This document shows positions 47,216-57,105 of a stretch of DNA of 64,000 nucleotides, piece by piece. How positions within the stretch are numbered: the first letter of the stretch is position 1; every line of letters begins with the position of its first letter. Under the pieces are notes generated by a model that made no database searches, was not told the DNA's origin, and was given only the letters and a program-made list of their open reading frames with translations. Made by a program: the position numbers and the translations under genes. Source of the DNA: Patescibacteria group bacterium (GTDB lineage Bacteria; Patescibacteriota; Minisyncoccia; Phycocordibacterales; Phycocordibacteraceae); contig JACDGK010000002.1 in assembly GCA_013815345.1 (NCBI GenBank), positions 35,399 through 99,398 of the forward strand, given 5' to 3'.

Positions 47216-47323
47216 GAGAATAGGAGTGCATAATTTTATCGCACGCATAATTCTCTGCTGAAAATTTGCTCCACTCGCGCCGACGCGCTGCGTGAGGCGC
47301 TAAAATTATGCACTCCTATTCTC
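47216..47323. mobile_element. 108-bp MITE/REP-like palindromic element
   Basis: Perfect 23-bp terminal inverted repeat gagaataggagtgcataatttta at 47216-47238 and 47301-47323. Confidence 0.6.
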
Positions 47324-47337
47324 CCCCCACGTATCGT

Positions 47338-48432
47338 TTACAGACCTTCTGACTTAAGGTCTTCAATCGCCTTCTTTGCTTTGCCTGAGAGTTTGCGGGG
47401 GAGCGTTGCCGAAAGCTTGATGTAAAGATCGCCGCTGCCACCTTCTGCGTACGCGACCCCTTTATTCCGTATTCGCAAGGTTTCTTCTGTATGACTCATC
47501 ACGGGTATTTTCACTTCGAGGGTTTTATCATCGATGGTGGTAATGGTCACCGTGGTACCAAGAAGTGCGTCCGTGAGTTTTACCGGAAAGTTCATAATAA
47601 GATTTGCACCTTCTTTACGAAATACGGAATGTGGCTTTACATGAACTTTTACATATAGATCACCAGATGCAGCGCTTTTCACCGCTTCTCCAAGACCTGT
47701 CATGCGGATCATTTCCCCATTGTCGATGCCTGCCGGGACAGTAATTTTTATCTCTTCTTCTTTGCGTATTACGCCTCGACCATTGCAATTCGTACATTTT
47801 TCTTTCGGTACTTTGCCGGAACCTTCACATGTAGGACAGGAGCGGACACTCGTGAATTCGCCCAGTACGGAGTCTCGAGTCTCATGAATACGTCCGGCGC
47901 CGTTACAGGTCTTACAGGTTTCAAGCTCAGTGTTAGGTTTTGCACCTGATCCATGACAGACATCACACTGCCCTACTTTCGTAATAAGTACTGAACGTTT
48001 TGCGCCGAGAATTGATTCTTTAAATGAGACTTCAATGTCGAGAGAGATGTCACGGCCTCGTTTCGTGCGACCTCGTCCATTCCCGCCAAAGATATCTCCC
48101 ATTCCTCCGAAGAGATCTGAAAGATCGAACTCAACTCCGCCATTTCCGAATCCTTGGAAATTGCTGAAATCAAAGCCCCCCATGTTGCCGCTGGCGCCTC
48201 CTGCTGCGGGACCCGCACCACCTGCAAACGTTTGGCCATAGGAATCATATTCACGTCGTTTCTTCTCATCTGCTAGGATACTGTATGCCTCGGTTATTTC
48301 TTTAAATTTTGCTTCATCACCATGTGCTTTGTCGGGATGATACTTTTGAGCAAGTTTTCGAAATGCTTTTTTTACATCGTCGCCGCTTGCTTTCTTGTCG
48401 AGACCTAGGATTTCATAATAGTTCTTAGCCAT
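47338..48432 (-). CDS. dnaJ: Chaperone DnaJ
   Basis: J domain HPD, G/F-rich region, four CxxCxGxG repeats. Confidence 0.97.
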   Translation of the reverse strand: MAKNYYEILGLDKKASGDDVKKAFRKLAQKYHPDKAHGDEAKFKEITEAYSILADEKKRREYDSYGQTFAGGAGPAAGGASGNMGGFDFSNFQGFGNGGVEFDLSDLFGGMGDIFGGNGRGRTKRGRDISLDIEVSFKESILGAKRSVLITKVGQCDVCHGSGAKPNTELETCKTCNGAGRIHETRDSVLGEFTSVRSCPTCEGSGKVPKEKCTNCNGRGVIRKEEEIKITVPAGIDNGEMIRMTGLGEAVKSAASGDLYVKVHVKPHSVFRKEGANLIMNFPVKLTDALLGTTVTITTIDDKTLEVKIPVMSHTEETLRIRNKGVAYAEGGSGDLYIKLSATLPRKLSGKAKKAIEDLKSEGL

Positions 48433-48471
48433 ACGCATTTAATCTATTTGACCACTATACACCTCAATGTT

Positions 48472-48513
48472 TTTTCAGTAAAACACCCGCTTTAGCGGGT
48501 GTTTTACTGAAAA
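48472..48513. terminator. 20-bp perfect hairpin, probable terminator
   Basis: ttttcagtaaaacacccgct-tt-agcgggtgttttactgaaaa. Confidence 0.7.
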
Positions 48514-48532
48514 TGTTCGAGTGTCACCTATC

Positions 48533-49036
48533 TTAACAGTGGTACTGATATTGATACTGGTAACCACCATAAGGGTAACTTTGTGACTGATATTGGTACT
48601 GATTGTAAAGTGGTTGCTGATACCCACATCCCGTATTCATTGGCTGCTGATAATAATTGTACGAGTTGTTGTACCAATTATTATTGTACGAAGTGTTGTA
48701 ATTGTTGTTTTGATACTGCCAGGAATTACCGTATCCAGGATAACTATTGTAGTTATTATAACTATTGTTATATGAAGGATATTGGTTCCATTCTTTTAGA
48801 ATACAGTTTGGATCATAGCGACCATTGCAGACGGATCTACCCTGATATCCGCCGTAGTAGGAGTTGTTGTAATTGCTATACCCATTCATATAGCTATTAC
48901 CATACCCGTTGTTGTAGTTATTATAATTTGGATAATACGAAGCAAACGCAGGCGTAGCAAGCAACAGACCCCCCAAGGCTAGGGCACCAGCGGCTACTTG
49001 AGCGAGACGGATTTTTGTAGTCATACGCGTAGACAT
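48533..49036 (-). CDS. Secreted Tyr/Asn/Gln-rich low-complexity protein
   Basis: Signal peptide ending AFA/S; mature part dominated by Y, N, Q, G, S; start could be 49024. Confidence 0.75.
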   Translation of the reverse strand: MSTRMTTKIRLAQVAAGALALGGLLLATPAFASYYPNYNNYNNGYGNSYMNGYSNYNNSYYGGYQGRSVCNGRYDPNCILKEWNQYPSYNNSYNNYNSYPGYGNSWQYQNNNYNTSYNNNWYNNSYNYYQQPMNTGCGYQQPLYNQYQYQSQSYPYGGYQYQYQYHC

Positions 49037-49087
49037 TAGCAATAATAAGCTGAACGTATCATGAAGATCGTAACTCGTAAATACCCC

Positions 49088-51022
49088 TTACTCGGAAGGT
49101 TTTTCTGTGAATTCAGCGTCGGTAGCACCAGCTTCTGGAGGGGTACCACCTGGCTGATCGGTTGCCGAAGCATTCTCTTCAGGCGATGTCCCTTCCTTTG
49201 CTGTGTTCTCCGCAACCTTCTCTGCTTGCATCATCGCCTCACCAATCTTTGAAAGTGAGGTGCCAAGGGCTTCACTCGCATTTTTAATGGCTTCCATGTC
49301 GTCACCTTCACGTGCGGTTTTGAGGGTTGCAATCTTTTCATTTACTTCGGTGACGATTGCAGCGTCAACCTTGTCACCGTTATCTTTGACTGCTTTTTCT
49401 GCGGTGTAGACCATTTGTTCAGCAAGATTTTTTGCTTCAACTATTTCTTTTCGCTTCGCATCTTCTCCAGCGTGCGTTTCGGCATCCTGGCGCATCTTCT
49501 CAATATCGGCGGTCGAAAGGCCAGTTGAACCTTCGATACGTATTGACTGTTCCTTGCCCGTTGTTTTTTCCTTTGCTTTCACTGTGAGAATACCGTTGGT
49601 GTCGAGATCAAAGGTGACTTCTACCTGCGGAAGGCCGCGCGGAGCAGGCGGTATGCCGTCAAGCATGAATTTGCCCAACGACTTGTTGTCGGTAGCCATA
49701 GCTCGCTCTCCTTGGACTACGTGGATTTCTACGCTGGTCTGGTTGTCAGCAAAGGTTGAGAATGTTTGTGAACGAGAAGTCGGGATGGCAGTGTTGCGCT
49801 CTACCAACTTAGTCGCAACTCCTCCTGCGGTCTCGATCGAGAGAGAAAGCGGGATGACATCGACAAGAAGAATATCTTTCACGTCCCCCTGAAGAATACC
49901 TGCTTGAATGGCCGCACCAATGGCCACCACTTCATCTGGGTTTACAGTAAGATTGGGTTCTTTTCCAAAGATTTTTTTTACTTCTTCCTGGATTTTAGGC
50001 ATGCGGGTCTGACCTCCTACCATGACGATTTCGTTGATATCAGAAGCTTTGAGACCTGCCGCTTCAAGTGCACGTTTCGTGATGTCTACCGAACGATTAA
50101 TGTATTCATCTGCAAGAGATTCAAGGGTCGAACGACTGAGTTTTATGAGGAAGTGTTTAGGGCCATCGGCATCAGAGGTGATAAACGGAATATTTACTTC
50201 TGTTTCAGCGGCGGTCGAAAGCTCATGCTTTGCTTTCTCTGCAGCTTCGTCAAGACGTTGAAGGGCAAGAGGGTCCTTTGTAACATCAATACCGCTTTCC
50301 TTCTTAAACTCATCCGCCAGATAGCGAACGATCTTTTGATCGATGTCGCGACCGCCCATATGTGCGTCACCGTCGGTTGACTTCACCTCAACCACGTCAT
50401 CACCTACTTCAAGTATCGATACGTCGAAGGTACCGCCGCCGAAGTCATAGACAGCAATTTTTTCATCTTTCTTTTTGTTAAAGCCATACGCGAGTGCGGC
50501 GGCTGTCGGTTCATTAATGATGCGTTTTACATCAAGGCCAGCGACCTGCCCCGCTGCCTTCGTCGCGTTTCGTTGTGCATCGTCAAAATACGCAGGCACG
50601 GTAATGACTGCCTCAGTAATTTTCTCACCAAGCTTTGCTTCGGCATCTGCCTTAAGCTTGCCAAGAATCATGGCTGAGACTTCCTCTGGTCGGTAGTCTT
50701 TCTCTCCCAAATGAACGAGTGCACCACCGTCAGGACCAGCTTTTATCTCGTACGGGACGACTTTTTGATCGCTCTGCACAGCCTCATCATCAAAACGATG
50801 ACCCATGAAGCGCTTGATGCCGTAAATGGTGTTCTTTGGATTCGTGACGGCTTGTCGTTTTGCAAGTGTTCCAACGAGTCGTTCGCCATTCTTTGCAATA
50901 GCCACGACTGAAGGTGTGGTGCGTGCACCTTCTGAGTTTTCAAGCACACGCGGCTCACCTCCTTCCATGATAGCCATGGCGGAGTTCGTGGTCCCCAGAT
51001 CGATACCTAGAATTTTTGCCAT
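49088..51022 (-). CDS. dnaK: Chaperone DnaK
   Basis: [34 protein letters not shown]. Confidence 0.99.
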   Translation of the reverse strand: MAKILGIDLGTTNSAMAIMEGGEPRVLENSEGARTTPSVVAIAKNGERLVGTLAKRQAVTNPKNTIYGIKRFMGHRFDDEAVQSDQKVVPYEIKAGPDGGALVHLGEKDYRPEEVSAMILGKLKADAEAKLGEKITEAVITVPAYFDDAQRNATKAAGQVAGLDVKRIINEPTAAALAYGFNKKKDEKIAVYDFGGGTFDVSILEVGDDVVEVKSTDGDAHMGGRDIDQKIVRYLADEFKKESGIDVTKDPLALQRLDEAAEKAKHELSTAAETEVNIPFITSDADGPKHFLIKLSRSTLESLADEYINRSVDITKRALEAAGLKASDINEIVMVGGQTRMPKIQEEVKKIFGKEPNLTVNPDEVVAIGAAIQAGILQGDVKDILLVDVIPLSLSIETAGGVATKLVERNTAIPTSRSQTFSTFADNQTSVEIHVVQGERAMATDNKSLGKFMLDGIPPAPRGLPQVEVTFDLDTNGILTVKAKEKTTGKEQSIRIEGSTGLSTADIEKMRQDAETHAGEDAKRKEIVEAKNLAEQMVYTAEKAVKDNGDKVDAAIVTEVNEKIATLKTAREGDDMEAIKNASEALGTSLSKIGEAMMQAEKVAENTAKEGTSPEENASATDQPGGTPPEAGATDAEFTEKPSE

Positions 51023-51113
51023 AGTTTTTTAAAATTAACTTGTAACACCGCTTTATATCTTATTTTACACCTTTTAGTTTTTGAGTTCAAATCGGCGCGT
51101 TCACCCTTTACCA

Positions 51114-51668
51114 CTATCCTTCATCAAAATGTGACACCCGTACTTTCGCCGGTCGCAACACCATGTCACCAATTTTCCAGCCAGTCTCGAGCACTGCGGT
51201 TATATGGTCATCATTCTCTTTGGATTCTGCATTATCTTGCCCTAAGGCTTCATGAAGCAAGGGATCAAATTGTTCGTCAATCGCCCCGAACTGGGTAAGG
51301 CCTAGCGACTGTGCGGCTCCCTCAAGTTGCTTAACAATACCTTCAAATCCTTCAGGAAGCACTCCGCTCATCTGCGCTCGCTCGAGAGAATCAATGGCAG
51401 GAAGAAATGCTTTAGCGGCAACAATGGTGCCGAGTAGAATTGCCGCTTTTTTTTCCTCCTCGAATCGTTTAAGCGCATTCACATAGTCAGCTTTAGCACG
51501 TTGCCAGCCGTCAAGGTTTTCGAGCTTTTCTTTTTTCACTACCTCGAGCTCCTTGCGAAGTTTCGTGACTTTTGTATCTGCACGATCCTCAAGGGCAGCG
51601 ATATCTTCCTCGCTTTCGCCAGTAGATTCTTCGCTATCGTGTTCTATGACTACCTCATCGTCATCCAT
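51114..51668 (-). CDS. grpE: Nucleotide exchange factor GrpE
   Basis: RAKADYVN, FDPLLHEA, LRPAKVRV. Confidence 0.95.
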   Translation of the reverse strand: MDDDEVVIEHDSEESTGESEEDIAALEDRADTKVTKLRKELEVVKKEKLENLDGWQRAKADYVNALKRFEEEKKAAILLGTIVAAKAFLPAIDSLERAQMSGVLPEGFEGIVKQLEGAAQSLGLTQFGAIDEQFDPLLHEALGQDNAESKENDDHITAVLETGWKIGDMVLRPAKVRVSHFDEG

Positions 51669-51704
51669 ACATTGAATATACAGGAAAAAATTGTTCTCTC
51701 AACA

Positions 51705-52592
51705 TTACACTTTCACACTCACTTTTTCTTTGCACTCTATCGAGCAAAATGTCTTTCCATTAGGTTCGAAACAATCAACACAAACGAGAAAATGGAGGTG
51801 ACAGAAGTTGTTGGCGCAGTTTATGTACTGTTCGGTGGTAGCGTTGCAGAGGTGACAAACGCCGATGATTTCTCGATCGCCGCCGAAATCCATCGTGAGT
51901 CGCTGATCGAAGGTATAGAGTGTACCGAGAAAATCTTCTCCTGGATACTTTTCCATATAGCTATGTATGCCGTCTTGAAGCTGATACACGTCAGTAAAAC
52001 CACTACTCATAAGATAAGCCGACATTTTCTCGCAGCGGACTCCCCCAGTGCATACGGTCACGACTTTCTTATCCTTAAGTGATTCAAGCTTCGGAAGTGT
52101 CTGAGGAAGATCACGAGAGTTTTCAAGGCCAGGATTGATAGAGTCTTTAAAATGCCCGGATGCGAATTCATAGTCATTGCGCATGTCTACTACTACAAAA
52201 TCCTTTTCATTCGCATACCAAGAACGAAGCTCTTTGGGTGAGAGATGCGGTGCTGTCTGAATACGAGGATCAACTTTTTCTTGAGGAAAATGTGTTCCTA
52301 CTATTTCGTCTCGTACTTTCACTGACAATTTTGGAAATGTGTTGCCTTGTCCCGCGCTCCGTTTGATACTCATGTTCGATAATCGGCCATCTTGTATAAG
52401 CTCTTGGACAAACGCTTCGGTATCCTTCACTATCCCTTCAAAGGTGGCATTGATGCCTTCTTCCGCAATAATCGCCCGACCTAAAAGTGAATGTTTTTTG
52501 GCAAGCTCACGAATCCAGCCCGCAAGTTTCTGCGGATTTTCAATGGTCACATATTTATAGAAAAGTAGTACTTCGTAGGACGAATGGCTCAT
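51705..52592 (-). CDS. trhO: Rhodanese-related UPF0176 protein (TrhO-like tRNA U34 hydroxylase)
   Basis: LFYKY, EEGINAT, DMRNDYE..GHF, CTGGVRCEK, Cys-rich C-terminus. Confidence 0.85.
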   Translation of the reverse strand: MSHSSYEVLLFYKYVTIENPQKLAGWIRELAKKHSLLGRAIIAEEGINATFEGIVKDTEAFVQELIQDGRLSNMSIKRSAGQGNTFPKLSVKVRDEIVGTHFPQEKVDPRIQTAPHLSPKELRSWYANEKDFVVVDMRNDYEFASGHFKDSINPGLENSRDLPQTLPKLESLKDKKVVTVCTGGVRCEKMSAYLMSSGFTDVYQLQDGIHSYMEKYPGEDFLGTLYTFDQRLTMDFGGDREIIGVCHLCNATTEQYINCANNFCHLHFLVCVDCFEPNGKTFCSIECKEKVSVKV

Positions 52593-52627
52593 TGAGACAA
52601 TTGTACCAAAATCACTTCATTTAGGTA

Positions 52628-52695
52628 AAGAAACACGCCAGAAGAAAATCGCAGCGAAAGCACTCAGGCTGCGATTTTCTTCTGGCGTGTTTCTT
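52628..52695. terminator. 28-bp perfect inverted repeat
   Basis: aagaaacacgccagaagaaaatcgcagc with its exact complement, 12-nt loop, 7 nt after the 52703 stop. Confidence 0.7.
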
Positions 52696-52702
52696 GTGCT
52701 AC

Positions 52703-54427
52703 TTAATTTACTTGGAAACTACGCGTATTGCTTGCCTGACCATTTGGCCCTGTTACATAGATCAAGTAGGCTCGGGGGGTAACTTCTACGACAGGTTGTG
52801 TACACGAAAATGTTGAGGTCCAGAGATCGCAACCTGATACAGCGCGAGGGATCGTGTAGTAGATCACCGTGCCATTATTATAGGATTGCAGATTTCGCAT
52901 GCCACCGATTCCAAAATGAACCGTATTTCCATAGGTTGCGAAACCGCTTCCCTGGATGGCAATCGTTGTCCCTACGCTTCCCTGCTGGGGCGAAAGATAC
53001 GAGATGTTTGAAGATCCGCCACCATTGTTTGAGCCTGATACAACAACCGTGAGGTTGTAGCTCGTATAAGAACCCGAGTTCCCTCTCGCAGTGAATTGAA
53101 TAGTGTAGGTACCTGAGTTCTGGTACGTGTGGCTGAGTGATACCGAACCATTGTTGGAAATAAATGCTTGCTGGCTTGTGCTATTTCCGCTTTGATCCTG
53201 CCAGTTGGCGGTTACGGTAACTTGCTCGTTTACGGTATCAGTAAGGTATACAACATAGGTATTCGTAGTGCCCGTCGTAACATTTGTCGGACCGTTTACG
53301 CTCGTAATCGATACGGTACCGTTCTGGTTACCATTGTTCGTTAAGACAAACTGAACGGTATTACTCGTAGCACCATAACTATTCGTTATCGAGACAGGAT
53401 AGCTTGTCGAATAAGAATTCGTATTAGTCAGATTGTAGGGAACGGTAAACGTGAGCGAAGTGCCATTCGAAGAATAAACATTCGAAATCACACTGTTACC
53501 GAAGCGCACGGTGTTTCCATTAGAAGAGAATCCTGAGCCGTATGCCGTAACCATTGTTGCTCCATTTACGAAGTTTGAAGTGAGGGAGTTAAGGATTATT
53601 GTCTGCTGGTTGGGGTAGCAGAGATTCGAGCCATTGTAGTTGTAACCGTTGTACTGATAGTTGCAGCCGCACTGATTCGTGTTGCCATAGGTGGTACCGT
53701 ACAAAGGACAATTAAACCAAGAATTTGTGAGATTGAATTGCAACGCGTTCGTCGTACCGCGAGAATTTGATACCGAGATAGGATAGTTGCCCGTCGAGAG
53801 CGAAGGTACGATAAACGTAAGCGAGGTTCCATTGCTTGAAATACTGTTTATTGCAGTAGAACCAAAGTGCACGACGTTATTCCAGGAATCAAATCCGGTT
53901 CCATAGAGCGTGACCGACATTCCGGCTGATCCGCTTGTTGCCGAAAGAGAGCTGAGCGAAAGATACGAATAAGTATTGCCGCCATTATACGGAGGATACG
54001 TTGGATAGGCCGGAGGAATAACCGGTGGAATGACTGGATAGGTATTTCCGCCGCCACAACTTACCTGCTGCACTGCTGCACGGGTGAGAGGACCGACAAC
54101 GCTGGTTGGAGGGATTCCGTGTGATGCTTGGAATTGGGCTACGGCTCCTGCGGTGATGGTGCCGAAATAGCCGGTAACAAGGGTGCTCGGAAGATACCCA
54201 CTTCGAGCGAGAAAGCTTTGAAGCTGAGAAACCTGGCCCCCACTAAGAAAATCAGAGGTTCCTATTGTAAGAGGCGCTGTGAGAGTGAGGCATGAGCCGC
54301 TCGTATAGCCTGTTGTCGGATAGGCTGGATTGCCGTAGACCTGTGCGTGAGCCGCTGGAGCAAACGGAAGACTGCCCACAAGGAGGGCCGAAGCGAAGAA
54401 AACAGCAAAAAATGAGGTCTTTTTCAT
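52703..54427 (-). CDS. Secreted surface protein: peptidoglycan-binding domain, IPT/TIG repeats, PKD-like domain
   Basis: Signal peptide; VSQLQSFL...TGYFG..T..AV..FQ...G..GPLTR; repeated G.GF...N.V.FG...SNGTSLTF.VP; SLSHTYQNSGTYTI. Confidence 0.85.
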   Translation of the reverse strand: MKKTSFFAVFFASALLVGSLPFAPAAHAQVYGNPAYPTTGYTSGSCLTLTAPLTIGTSDFLSGGQVSQLQSFLARSGYLPSTLVTGYFGTITAGAVAQFQASHGIPPTSVVGPLTRAAVQQVSCGGGNTYPVIPPVIPPAYPTYPPYNGGNTYSYLSLSSLSATSGSAGMSVTLYGTGFDSWNNVVHFGSTAINSISSNGTSLTFIVPSLSTGNYPISVSNSRGTTNALQFNLTNSWFNCPLYGTTYGNTNQCGCNYQYNGYNYNGSNLCYPNQQTIILNSLTSNFVNGATMVTAYGSGFSSNGNTVRFGNSVISNVYSSNGTSLTFTVPYNLTNTNSYSTSYPVSITNSYGATSNTVQFVLTNNGNQNGTVSITSVNGPTNVTTGTTNTYVVYLTDTVNEQVTVTANWQDQSGNSTSQQAFISNNGSVSLSHTYQNSGTYTIQFTARGNSGSYTSYNLTVVVSGSNNGGGSSNISYLSPQQGSVGTTIAIQGSGFATYGNTVHFGIGGMRNLQSYNNGTVIYYTIPRAVSGCDLWTSTFSCTQPVVEVTPRAYLIYVTGPNGQASNTRSFQVN

Positions 54428-54594
54428 ATACTAATTATGGATGAATATAAATGGGTTATACCACTATTATTTATTTAATGCAAGCCCTCCTCGCGATACC
54501 CTAAATGGACCTTGATTCTTGCTTCTGCGAATAAAACTGCTAAAACGCATGTACTACAGCTAGACATTCTCATTCAATGAAGTACCCTTTCCCT

Positions 54595-54810
54595 ATGACA
54601 ACTGAACAAGAAAACAATTCATCGCACGCGTGCCGTAAATATGGTTTTTATGGATCTTTCGTTGGAGGCGTATGGTTGATTGTGGTGGGAGCAATCTTTC
54701 TTTTGAATAATTTTGGTTATTTTGAAGGAAACGCCTGGGGAAAGCTCTGGCCACTCTTTATTATTGTTCCTGGCCTGTTCATGATATTCCGTTCTCGCAG
54801 TAGTAAGTAA
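54595..54810 (+). CDS. Small membrane protein, DUF5668/LiaF-TM-like
   Basis: GVWLIVVGAIFLLNNFG...WGKLWPLFIIVPGL; start could be 54577. Confidence 0.75.
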   Translation: MTTEQENNSSHACRKYGFYGSFVGGVWLIVVGAIFLLNNFGYFEGNAWGKLWPLFIIVPGLFMIFRSRSSK

Positions 54811-54817
54811 AAACGCT

Positions 54818-55222
54818 TTAACGTTTTGACCACTGCGGAGCTTTACGCGCCTTAAGAAGACCTGGTTTCTTACGTTCTTTAGCACGAGGATCGCGTTTAA
54901 GCAGCCCTGCTTTTTTGAGGGAGGGACGAAGCGATGCTTCCCCTTTCAGTAGTGCGCGGGAAATAGCATGGCGAACGGCCTCGGCCTGAGAAGATATTCC
55001 ACCACCCTGCACACGTGCAATAACCTCATAGGTTCCCGTTACGTCGTCTAGTCGAAATGCGTCACCCGTGATAGACGTGCGCTCTTTTGTTTTAAAATAT
55101 TCATCTGCGGGCATGCCATTGACGGTAATAGACATCTTGCTCGCTGGCGTGAGCTTGATGCGAGCGCTCGCCGTTTTGCGGCGTCCGACAGCGGTAGTAT
55201 AGGGTTGGGTGGTTTCAGGCAT
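54818..55222 (-). CDS. rpsI: 30S ribosomal protein S9
   Basis: GRRKTASAR, GGGISSQAEA, ERKKPGL.KARKAPQWSKR. Confidence 0.98.
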   Translation of the reverse strand: MPETTQPYTTAVGRRKTASARIKLTPASKMSITVNGMPADEYFKTKERTSITGDAFRLDDVTGTYEVIARVQGGGISSQAEAVRHAISRALLKGEASLRPSLKKAGLLKRDPRAKERKKPGLLKARKAPQWSKR

Positions 55223-55239
55223 AGCAATAAATTAAAGCA

Positions 55240-55641
55240 CTACACAGTGATAGTAAGGCGCTTCATGCGGTCGTTGCGCAGCTTGTTACGAGGCAACATC
55301 CCGTCGACGGCTTTTCGCAACGCTTCTTCGATGCCTTTCTTGTCGATGAGGAGAGCCATCGTCGTTTCCCGAAGACCACCAGGATAGCCAGTGTAGCGAA
55401 CATATGTCTTACCCGCTACGCGTTTTTCTGGAAGAGAAAGCTTTGACGCATTCGTGATTGTAACTTCCACTGGAAGCACGAGATTTTGAACGTAGTGTGC
55501 CGATTTCTTTCCGAGAAGTGCAGAAGCAGCTTCACTCGCAACACGGCCAAGCGTACGACCCTGAGCGTCCACGGTGTAGTGAATTGTCTCAACGCCTTGA
55601 AGTGTTCGCTGCTTGGATACTTTTTGAGAAATGGTGCTCAT
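55240..55641 (-). CDS. rplM: 50S ribosomal protein L13
   Basis: DAQGRTLGRVAS, YTGYPGGL, GMLPRNKL; start uncertain. Confidence 0.95.
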   Translation of the reverse strand: MSTISQKVSKQRTLQGVETIHYTVDAQGRTLGRVASEAASALLGKKSAHYVQNLVLPVEVTITNASKLSLPEKRVAGKTYVRYTGYPGGLRETTMALLIDKKGIEEALRKAVDGMLPRNKLRNDRMKRLTITV

Positions 55642-55651
55642 GGTACTGGAA

Positions 55652-56005
55652 CTAAACGAACGCAATATACGCGGTATCGCGCCCGGTAGTCGCGTTTGGC
55701 GCGCGCTTTATAATACGCACATACCCGCCCGGACGAGTTGCATAGCGAGGTGAAATAGTCGCAAAGACTTTTTTAACCGCCTCATCATCGTTGCCGAGCC
55801 GTGAAGACACGAGGCGACGATTTGCAACGCTGTCGACGCGACCATGCGATACCAATTTCTCGATGAATGGTCGAAGTTCTTTTGCTTTCGCTTCAGTCGT
55901 CGAAATACGCTCATGAATGATAAGGGAACGGGCAAGAGACCGAAGCAACGCACTGCGCTGGTTCTTCGGCCTATTAAACGATCGTCCTTTGTGCTGATGT
56001 CGCAT
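55652..56005 (-). CDS. rplQ: 50S ribosomal protein L17
   Basis: MRHQHKGR, TTEAKAKELR, RPGGYVRI. Confidence 0.97.
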   Translation of the reverse strand: MRHQHKGRSFNRPKNQRSALLRSLARSLIIHERISTTEAKAKELRPFIEKLVSHGRVDSVANRRLVSSRLGNDDEAVKKVFATISPRYATRPGGYVRIIKRAPNATTGRDTAYIAFV

Positions 56006-56047
56006 AGATGTTGATTTACCTTACCCGTTTAGAGAGAATGAGTCAAT

Positions 56048-57031
56048 CTATGCGTCTTTGAGAGAAAGGTCGAGTGACTCGAGAGCCTCGCTGATCTCGC
56101 TGATCGCCTTGTCTCCGACGCCATCAAGCTCCTTGAGAGAAGCTGCCGATTTGCGGGTAAGCCCTCCGACTGAGCGAATACCCGCGTCCGAGAGTGCGCT
56201 GGTAATACGAGCAGAAAGATTTAAGTCTTCGATTTTGAGCTTTGACGGATCTTTGTCATCTTTACGGCTTGTGGTCGATTCTTCAGCATCGGTCCTATCT
56301 GCCATGTCTGAGGCAAGTGACTGATGGGTCGCTTCAACTTCCTCCTGAAAGCCGACGATTGCCTTGAGCTGGTGAATCATAATCTCGATAGAACGTTCAA
56401 GAGCTTCACGAGGAGTGATGGTGCCATTGGTTTCAATAACCATGCGCAAGCGATTAAAATCGGTACGATCTCCGACGCGCATGTCTTCTACTTCATAATT
56501 TGCACGACGAATTGGTGTAAAGGCAGCATCGAGTGCGATAACGCCGATGTCCACTTTTTCTTTCGTTAGAACTTCGCGTGGCACATAGCCAAGCCCGCGT
56601 TCAATGGTTGCTTCAAGTTCAAGACCAACCTTTCCAGAAATATCAGCTATATGCTGACTCGGATTTGCAATGGTCACCTGCGACGGAAGTTGGAAATCTG
56701 CTGCAGTAACTTCTTTCGCTCCACCTTTGACAGAGAGACGAATAGTCTGTGCTTCGTCACCATGAAGCGTAAAGTGCACACGCTTGAGGTTCAGAAGAAT
56801 TTCCATAACCGTTTCGCGGATACCTTCGATAGTAGCGAATTCGTGCGAAACATCTTCAATTTTTACCGAAGTAATAGCAGCACCCGGAAGTGATGAGAAC
56901 ACAATACGACGAAGGCTGTTGCCAAGCGTCTGACCGTACCCTGGGTACAGTGAATCTATTTCATAAATGCCGAGCATGCCTTCTTCAGACACGACTCGAG
57001 GCTTCGACGGGAGGGTGATGTGGTATTCCAT
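56048..57031 (-). CDS. rpoA: RNA polymerase subunit alpha
   Basis: GYGQTLGNSLRR, HEFATIEG, LDAAFTPI, RVGDRTDF; alpha-CTD present. Confidence 0.97.
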   Translation of the reverse strand: MEYHITLPSKPRVVSEEGMLGIYEIDSLYPGYGQTLGNSLRRIVFSSLPGAAITSVKIEDVSHEFATIEGIRETVMEILLNLKRVHFTLHGDEAQTIRLSVKGGAKEVTAADFQLPSQVTIANPSQHIADISGKVGLELEATIERGLGYVPREVLTKEKVDIGVIALDAAFTPIRRANYEVEDMRVGDRTDFNRLRMVIETNGTITPREALERSIEIMIHQLKAIVGFQEEVEATHQSLASDMADRTDAEESTTSRKDDKDPSKLKIEDLNLSARITSALSDAGIRSVGGLTRKSAASLKELDGVGDKAISEISEALESLDLSLKDA

Positions 57032-57105
57032 AACGCAATCAATTTTTACCAACTAATAATATAAATAAAACTTCGCTAACGTGAGCCCTTTTCTGTTTCT
57101 CCTCG

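Noticed and set aside
48533-49036. CRISPR array or DNA tandem repeat in the low-complexity stretch
   Set aside because: The repetition comes from Tyr/Asn codons; no constant repeat-spacer period was seen here or elsewhere in the window.
51023-51704. CIRCE operator for grpE-dnaK
   Set aside because: No TTAGCACTC-N9-GAGTGCTAA motif was seen upstream of grpE or dnaK.
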